This document shows positions 25,319 to 29,973 of a DNA stretch of 29,973 nucleotides, piece after piece. The stretch is from an uncultured Candidatus Saccharibacteria bacterium (GTDB lineage Bacteria > Patescibacteriota > Minisyncoccia > UBA6257 > UBA11618). The DNA lies in assembly GCA_964432405.1 (NCBI GenBank), contig CAYSNH010000005.1, positions 1 to 29,973 on the forward strand, in the 5' to 3' direction. Both the position numbers and the translations under genes were made by a program. Position 1 is the first letter of the stretch, and each line of letters begins with the position of its first letter. The notes under the pieces were generated by a model, which worked only from the letters and a program-made list of their open reading frames with translations, was not told the DNA's origin and did not search any database.

Positions 25319-25777
25319 ATGGGTAAGAAAAAAATAGCAAAAGAATCAACAGAGGAAGTTTTAAAGGCTGGCGCAGCTATCGATTCTGCGGTGGCTCAGT
25401 CTGGGAGTAAAGGGGTTAAGGGAAAGAAGAAATTTGATAAGGGTAGAATCTATATCAAAGCTTCATACAACAACACCTTCATTACTGTCACAGATGAAAG
25501 AGGTCATGTTATAGCGTGGTCTTCTGCTGGGTCATTAGGTTTTAATGGTCCTAAGAAAGCTACTCCTTTCGCAGCTTCTAAAATCGTCAGCGCTTTAACT
25601 GAAAAGCTAAAGAAAACCGGTCCCTTTGATGTTCAGGTTTTTGTTAATGGTATTGGCGGTGGTCGTGATTCATCTATTAGGTCTTTAATTAATCAGGGTT
25701 TTAATCTATCTTCTATTAAAGATATAACCCCTATTCCACATAACGGTCCTCGTCCTCGTAAGGTACGAAGAGTATAG
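25319..25777 (+). CDS. rpsK: 30S ribosomal protein S11, 152 aa
   Basis: GRIYIKASYNNTFITVTDERGHVIAWSSAGSLGFNGPKKATPFAA...GIGGGRDSSIRSL...IKDITPIPHNGPRPRKVRR. Carries an N-terminal extension of about 25 aa. Confidence 0.95.
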   Translation: MGKKKIAKESTEEVLKAGAAIDSAVAQSGSKGVKGKKKFDKGRIYIKASYNNTFITVTDERGHVIAWSSAGSLGFNGPKKATPFAASKIVSALTEKLKKTGPFDVQVFVNGIGGGRDSSIRSLINQGFNLSSIKDITPIPHNGPRPRKVRRV

Positions 25778-25782
25778 AAAAT

Positions 25783-26406
25783 ATGTTTAAAGTTAAAGAA
25801 AAAAAAGAACGTGCATTAGGAGCAAAGCTTTTTTTGAAAGCGGAGCGTTGTAATTCACAAAAGTGTGCCACTATTCGACGCCCTTACAAGCCCGGTGATC
25901 ATGGAAAATCTCGTCGTCGTCCATTATCTGAATATGGTCAACAGTTGCAGGAGAAACAAAAAATTAGATTTACCTACGGCGTTAGTGAGAAAAATCTAAG
26001 AAGAATTTTTTCTAAAGCTGCTAAAAGTACTGGCGTTACTGGTGAGACAATATTTGCCATTTTAGAAAAAAGATTGGATAATGTAATTTACCGACTTGGA
26101 TTTGCTGCTTCTCGCTCAGTTGCGCGTCAATTGGTTAGTCATGGTCATTTTTTGGTAAATGGTCGAAAGACTACCATCCGTTCTTATGAGGTAAAGGTGG
26201 GAGATGTTATATCTATTCGCCCTCAATCTCATAAGCATCCATTATTCCAAGAGTTGCCGATTACTCTTAAAAAATACGAGACTCCAGTTTGGTTGAAGCT
26301 AGACGTTGATAAGTTAGAGGGCAAGGTAGCTATGCAACCAAAAGATTTTGAGATGACATTTAATATTAACTTAGTCGTTGATTATTATTCAAAAATTAGT
26401 AAATAG
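25783..26406 (+). CDS. rpsD: 30S ribosomal protein S4, 207 aa
   Basis: SEYGQQLQEKQKIRFTYGVSEKNLRRIF, and S4 RNA-binding domain LEKRLDNVIYRLGFAASRSVARQLVSHGHFLVNGRKTTIRSYEVKVGDVI. Confidence 0.95.
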   Translation: MFKVKEKKERALGAKLFLKAERCNSQKCATIRRPYKPGDHGKSRRRPLSEYGQQLQEKQKIRFTYGVSEKNLRRIFSKAAKSTGVTGETIFAILEKRLDNVIYRLGFAASRSVARQLVSHGHFLVNGRKTTIRSYEVKVGDVISIRPQSHKHPLFQELPITLKKYETPVWLKLDVDKLEGKVAMQPKDFEMTFNINLVVDYYSKISK

Positions 26407-26409
26407 ATT

Positions 26410-27174
26410 ATGAAATACGCTTATCTTAGTGAAACTGTTGGTATAAAGAAAGTTTCGGAAACCAAAACCGAAGGTGTTTTTGAGATAGACGGTTTATACG
26501 CCGGATATGGAATAACAATCGGTAACTCTCTTCGTCGAGTATTATTCTCCTCGTTGCCTGGTTCTGTTATTACTCAGATTAAAGTTAAAGGAGTTAGTCA
26601 CGAGTTTTCTTCTCTTTCTGGTGTTATGGAGGATATGGTTGAGCTATCTCTTAACCTAAAGAAGATTCGCTTCCTTACTCACTCTGACGAACCACAAGTT
26701 CTAAATATTAAGGTTAAGGGTGAAAAAGAGGTGACTGCTGCTGACATTAAGGTTAATGCTCAAGTGGAAGTCATAAATCCTGATGTTCACATAGCTACTT
26801 TGTCTAGTAAGAGCGCTGAACTAGACATGGAGCTAACTGTTGAAAAAGGTCTTGGCTTTATGTCCGCTGAAGCTCGTCAAAAAGAAAAACTTCCTATCGG
26901 AGTAATTATTCTTGATGCTGCTTTTTCCCCGATCATTAAAGCAAGCTTTAGTGTTGAAAACATGCGTATTGAGGATCGTACCGATTTCAATAAACTTAAG
27001 GTTGAAATAACTACCGATGGCTCAATCGCTCCTTCTGTAGCTTTGCGTAAGGCTTGTAACATTTTACAAGATCACTTTGCTAAGATTTCCCAAATAGCTG
27101 TCGAAGACGACAAAGAGGATAAGAAAGCTACTAAAAAAGAAGCTAAGAAAGAGGATAAAGAGGAGGAGAAGTAA
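26410..27174 (+). CDS. rpoA: DNA-directed RNA polymerase subunit alpha, N-terminal domain only plus a K/E-rich tail, 254 aa
   Basis: Alpha-NTD sequence (GNSLRRVLFSSLPGSVIT, MEDMVELSLNLKKI, LDAAFSPIIKASFSVENMRIEDRTDFNKLKVEITTDGSI). Ends in ...EDDKEDKKATKKEAKKEDKEEEK followed by TAATAATAG. No alpha-CTD sequence is present. Confidence 0.9.
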   Translation: MKYAYLSETVGIKKVSETKTEGVFEIDGLYAGYGITIGNSLRRVLFSSLPGSVITQIKVKGVSHEFSSLSGVMEDMVELSLNLKKIRFLTHSDEPQVLNIKVKGEKEVTAADIKVNAQVEVINPDVHIATLSSKSAELDMELTVEKGLGFMSAEARQKEKLPIGVIILDAAFSPIIKASFSVENMRIEDRTDFNKLKVEITTDGSIAPSVALRKACNILQDHFAKISQIAVEDDKEDKKATKKEAKKEDKEEEK

Positions 27175-27180
27175 TAATAG

Positions 27181-27209
27181 TTGCTTTTTTCTTCTTTTTT
27201 CATTAATAT
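27181..27209 (+). promoter_or_regulatory. putative internal promoter for rplQ-rplM-rpsI (TTGCTT-17 nt-TAATAT), 6 nt before the ATG
   Basis: TTGCTT at 27181-27186, an exact 17-nt T-rich spacer, TAATAT at 27204-27209, then tttgcc and ATG at 27216. Confidence 0.35.
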
Positions 27210-27215
27210 TTTGCC

Positions 27216-27560
27216 ATGCCTGTAACTAGAAAGTTTCATCGCAAAAAAGGTCAACGACACGCTTTTTTCCGTGGATTGGCCAATAACCTGATTATGAAAG
27301 AAAAAATGGAGACTACTGAGATCCGTGCTAAGGCCATTCGACCAATTGTTGAACGGTTGGTTTCTATTGCACGACGCAATCGATTACAGGACCTTCGTCT
27401 ATTAATTTCACGTTTGGATAATAAAAAAGCTGCTCAGAAACTTTTTCACGATATTGCTCCTCGCTACGTTGAAAGACCAGGAGGATATTTAAGAATTATT
27501 AAGCAGGGCAAGATTAGAAAAAGAGACGGTTCTAAAACCGCTCGTATCGAATTTGTTTAA
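27216..27560 (+). CDS. rplQ: 50S ribosomal protein L17, 114 aa
   Basis: RKFHRKKGQRHAFFRGLANNLIMKEKMETTEIRAKAIRPIVERL...GGYLRIIKQGKIRKRDGSKTARIEF. Confidence 0.93.
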   Translation: MPVTRKFHRKKGQRHAFFRGLANNLIMKEKMETTEIRAKAIRPIVERLVSIARRNRLQDLRLLISRLDNKKAAQKLFHDIAPRYVERPGGYLRIIKQGKIRKRDGSKTARIEFV

Positions 27561-27562
27561 AC

Positions 27563-27904
27563 ATGCAATATACTATTGATGCTAAAAATAAAAGATTAGG
27601 TAGGATCGCTACTGAGGTAGCTGTAATTTTGCAAGGCAAGAAAGATCCTAAGTACAATCCTCGTTTACCAGGCTCTGATAGCGTGGTTATTACCAATGCT
27701 TCTAGAATCTCCGTTTCTGGTAATAAATCTAAACAGAAGATCTATTATCGTCACACCGGTTATCTTGGTAACTTAAAAGAAACTACTTACGAAAAAATGT
27801 TCGCTAAGTCTCCTGAGAAGGTGATCACCAAAGCAGTTTATAACATGCTACCCAAGAATCGTTTAAGAGCTCCTCGATTAAAGCGTTTAAAGATAGAATT
27901 ATAA
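27563..27904 (+). CDS. rplM: 50S ribosomal protein L13, short form, 113 aa
   Basis: IDAKNKRLGRIATEVAVILQGKKDPKYNP...VVITNASRISVSGNKSKQKIYYRHTGYLGNLKE...MLPKNRLRAPRLKRLKI. Lacks the N- and C-terminal segments of the E. coli protein. Confidence 0.92.
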   Translation: MQYTIDAKNKRLGRIATEVAVILQGKKDPKYNPRLPGSDSVVITNASRISVSGNKSKQKIYYRHTGYLGNLKETTYEKMFAKSPEKVITKAVYNMLPKNRLRAPRLKRLKIEL

Positions 27905-27905
27905 T

Positions 27906-28316
27906 ATGGCTAAATTAGATACTAAAGATAAATATTTTGAAGGAATTGGTCGGCGTAAGACGGCGGTTGCTCGTGTTCGACTATATAAGAAGGATGTTGG
28001 TATAACTATTAATGATAAGTCTTGTGAGGAGTATTTTAAGACTCCTGAACAGCGCAAGGCTGTTAGCGCCCCTTTTGATACTATTAAGGCTGATAAGAGT
28101 GAGTTTGGTATGACCGTAAAAGTTTCTGGTAGTGGTCTTAGCGCTCAATCTGAAGCCGTTCGTCATGGTTTGTCTAGAGCTTTGGTAAGTCTTGATGAGG
28201 AATTTAAATCACGATTACGTCGAGCTGGTTTCTTAACCCGAGACTCTCGAATGGTTGAGAGAAAGAAGCCTGGACTAAAGAAGGCTCGTAAAGCACCACA
28301 ATGGAGCAAGCGTTAA
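27906..28316 (+). CDS. rpsI: 30S ribosomal protein S9, 136 aa
   Basis: GIGRRKTAVARVRLYKK...VSGSGLSAQSEAVRHGLSRALV...RRAGFLTRDSRMVERKKPGLKKARKAPQWSKR. Confidence 0.95.
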   Translation: MAKLDTKDKYFEGIGRRKTAVARVRLYKKDVGITINDKSCEEYFKTPEQRKAVSAPFDTIKADKSEFGMTVKVSGSGLSAQSEAVRHGLSRALVSLDEEFKSRLRRAGFLTRDSRMVERKKPGLKKARKAPQWSKR

Positions 28317-28714
28317 AGTCTCCACGATTTGTAGCGATCTTCCTCTATTTATTTCTTGGCCTATATTGGCTAACCCTCTTTTTTGAATGGCATAAAACTT
28401 TTCTTTGGTTTGATGGCTTATTACATTTTCTAGGTGGAGTTTGGTTGGCGGCTTTTTTTGGTTATGCACTTATTCGTTTTGATTTAGCTTTTGTTGATAG
28501 GCGTTTTTGGGTAAAATTAATATTAGGCCTGGGATTTGTGGCTCTTGTTGGCGTGCTCTGGGAATTACATGAGTTTGCTGCTGATTTATATCTAAAGGAT
28601 AAAGCTTTTATGCAGCCCGACTTGCAAGACACAATGTTTGATCTAGCTTTGGATCTCCTGGGAGGATTCATATTTTTTATACTATGCCGAATAGCCCAGA
28701 AACCTCTTTCTTAA
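28301..28714 (+). CDS. hypothetical integral membrane protein, 137 aa, possibly YjdF/DUF2238-like
   Basis: ATG overlaps the rpsI 3' end by 16 nt. About four hydrophobic helices. The segments LWELHEF...QPDLQDTMFDLALDLLGG resemble the acidic E...E / D..D.D motif of DUF2238-type proteins as I recall it (weak). Confidence 0.55.
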   Translation: MEQALKSPRFVAIFLYLFLGLYWLTLFFEWHKTFLWFDGLLHFLGGVWLAAFFGYALIRFDLAFVDRRFWVKLILGLGFVALVGVLWELHEFAADLYLKDKAFMQPDLQDTMFDLALDLLGGFIFFILCRIAQKPLS

Positions 28715-29973
28715 AATCTCCTAAAAGAATTATCATAACCTTTGTTAGTGTAGGCTTAGTTAGCCTACTTTTTGCTATTACCATCAACCCGGTTGAGTTC
28801 GTTCGTTTTCATAGAGATAGAAAAAGAACTCAGGATCTTAAAAGTTTAAGTAATTATATTAGCCAAATAGAAGAAAAGGTTCCGGAAGCTATCAAAGCTG
28901 AGCCTAAAATTATCTATACGTCTTTACCAGATAATGATCCTGATTGTTCCAAATGGCTGAAGAAGGGATTGCCCGAGATATCAGCTGATTATAAATATCG
29001 TTGTCAGACGGAGTCTGACTATTTAAAGAATGATGGTAATGGATGGGTTCCTATCGACTTCACTGCTCTTGGCTCCGAGGCCCCTTACAAATTAGTTAAA
29101 GATCCTCAAAATGGAAAGAAAGGTAAAGATCCAGATAGTGGGGAGAAGGTGGTTTTCTATTATCAATATTTGTTTGGTAGTTCTGTTTTTGGAGCAAGGT
29201 TTGATCGTAAAGAGAAAAATATTGAAGAGTTAGGAGCTCAACGCATGGCTGTTGCTAGTCTTTATGTTGGCTCAGCTATTGGTCAATCTACGCCAGATAT
29301 TGGACGGAAGCGATTCACATCACTTCCAGGTAATTTTTTTGCTATAGCTACTGATCCTAAAGGGGTAATTGCGCTCACAAATACATTGCCACTTAAGAAG
29401 AGGAAGGAGTTAAATAAACAAAAAGCAGAATTACTTGTAAGAGAAATTTATACTGCAGCTAAAGGATTATTACCACCTGAAAGAATAAAAATGATAGCAG
29501 GAGTGGCTCTTAGAACTCCTGACATTGCTGGAGTAGATGTAGATCGTACAACTGCTGAAAGGGTTATACAAAAAGTTAGAACTCAAATTCAAGTAGATGA
29601 AGCAGAAGCAAGCTTAGATAGACTCAATATTTTAAAGAAAGTAATAGAAGAAGGAATTAATCAAACTCAAACTGAAAAAGAAACACAAAATTCTAATAAA
29701 CAATTAGAAAAAGTTGAAAAGAAGGTGGAGGAGAATGAGGGCTGGTTAGAAGATGCTGATAAGCAATTAAAAGCAATTAAAAATGAAGAAAAAACTATAG
29801 AAGAAATTGATGATTTGCGAAGTCAGTTAGACAGTTTGGGAGTTGAAGATTATGAAGCAGAAGTAATTGAGAGTCAGATTATTGAGCTTCAAGAGCATAT
29901 GAATGATACGGGTGATACGGGTGATATGGGTGATATGGGTGATATGGGTGATATGGGTGATGGTATACCTGAA
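28684..29973 (+). CDS. 3'-partial ORF (at least 430 aa, runs off the window): membrane-anchored pilin-like domain, coiled coil and DxG repeats
   Basis: Hand translation from ATG 28684 gives MPNSPETSFLKSPKRIIITFVSVGLVSLLFAITINPVEFVRFHRDRKRTQDLKSLSNYI...GWVPIDF...VKDPQNG...VVFYYQY..., then K/E/Q-rich heptad-like sequence, then DTGDTGDMGDMGDMGDMGDG. No stop occurs before 29973. It is absent from the ORF track because it is open-ended. Confidence 0.65.
   Translation, partial: MPNSPETSFLKSPKRIIITFVSVGLVSLLFAITINPVEFVRFHRDRKRTQDLKSLSNYISQIEEKVPEAIKAEPKIIYTSLPDNDPDCSKWLKKGLPEISADYKYRCQTESDYLKNDGNGWVPIDFTALGSEAPYKLVKDPQNGKKGKDPDSGEKVVFYYQYLFGSSVFGARFDRKEKNIEELGAQRMAVASLYVGSAIGQSTPDIGRKRFTSLPGNFFAIATDPKGVIALTNTLPLKKRKELNKQKAELLVREIYTAAKGLLPPERIKMIAGVALRTPDIAGVDVDRTTAERVIQKVRTQIQVDEAEASLDRLNILKKVIEEGINQTQTEKETQNSNKQLEKVEKKVEENEGWLEDADKQLKAIKNEEKTIEEIDDLRSQLDSLGVEDYEAEVIESQIIELQEHMNDTGDTGDMGDMGDMGDMGDGIPE
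29905..29964 (+). repeat. 9-nt in-frame tandem repeat (gatayGggt), about 6.6 copies, at the window edge
   Basis: gatacgggt twice (29905-29922), gatatgggt four times (29923-29958), then gatggt. Encodes DTG DTG DMG DMG DMG DMG DG. Confidence 0.95.

Noticed and set aside
29905-29964. A short direct-repeat array at the window edge, considered as a possible CRISPR or satellite.
   Set aside because: The unit is 9 nt with no spacers, and it is in frame within an ORF. It is a coding microsatellite, not a CRISPR array.
29340-29973. Apparent shift towards A-ending codons (GCA, GTA, GGA, AGA, ATA) in the last 600 nt or so, which could indicate a chimeric or acquired C-terminal module.
   Set aside because: The same codons occur in the ribosomal protein genes, for example at the rpsM start. 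The K/E/Q-rich coiled-coil composition alone could explain the impression, and it cannot be supported without a quantitative codon analysis.
1-29973. Scan for mobile elements, defence systems, toxin-antitoxin pairs, DGR/retron components, tRNA or rRNA genes, and long repeats.
   Set aside because: I saw no transposase, integrase, reverse transcriptase, nuclease or ATPase defence signatures, or cloverleaf-capable intergenic segments. Intergenic regions are almost all under 100 nt. The GNAT gene follows rpmB rather than an RHH antitoxin, so a GNAT-type TA module is not supported.

Overview
This is an AT-rich window. Hand counts of 60-nt samples give about 40-42% G+C. It is very gene-dense, with about 35 CDS, all but three on the + strand. 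Most gaps are 0-40 nt, and there are four 1-nt TAATG stop/start overlaps.

The content is almost entirely core housekeeping, in this order:
- a pentapeptide-repeat gene
- a SEDS glycosyltransferase and mltG
- rpoB-rpoC
- rpsF-ssb-rpsR, then a PAP2 phosphatase, two small ORFs, nfo and a DUF167 gene
- a convergent MscS channel
- sod and a family-4-like UDG
- a GNAT acetyltransferase and rpmB on the minus strand
- dnaG-rpoD
- a secreted helical protein
- a compact alaS
- two coupled hypothetical ORFs
- infA-rpmJ-rpsM-rpsK-rpsD-rpoA-rplQ-rplM-rpsI
- a small membrane protein
- a 3'-open ORF for a membrane-anchored, pilin-like coiled-coil protein ending in a 9-nt microsatellite

I found no rRNA, tRNA, CRISPR array, transposase, integrase or phage genes.

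Several universal proteins are unusually short: RpoB 1053 aa, L13 113 aa, AlaRS 576 aa, and RpoA 254 aa with no C-terminal domain. Together with the DUF5667-like and pilin-like proteins, this suggests a reduced-genome bacterium, most plausibly Patescibacteria/CPR. That is an inference and cannot be proven from this window.

I do not see a clear self-contained novel multi-gene system such as defence, secretion or a biosynthetic cluster. The best leads are:
1. A translationally coupled pair at 21796-24547: an eroded FtsA-like actin-fold protein plus a bitopic envelope protein.
2. The pilin-like repeat protein at the 3' edge.
3. Remodelled RNA polymerase accessory parts: alpha without its CTD, and a sigma factor with a histone-like lysine-rich N-terminal tail.
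4. A recurring promoter-to-ATG spacing that implies leaderless mRNAs, together with near absence of Shine-Dalgarno sequences and of TGA stops.
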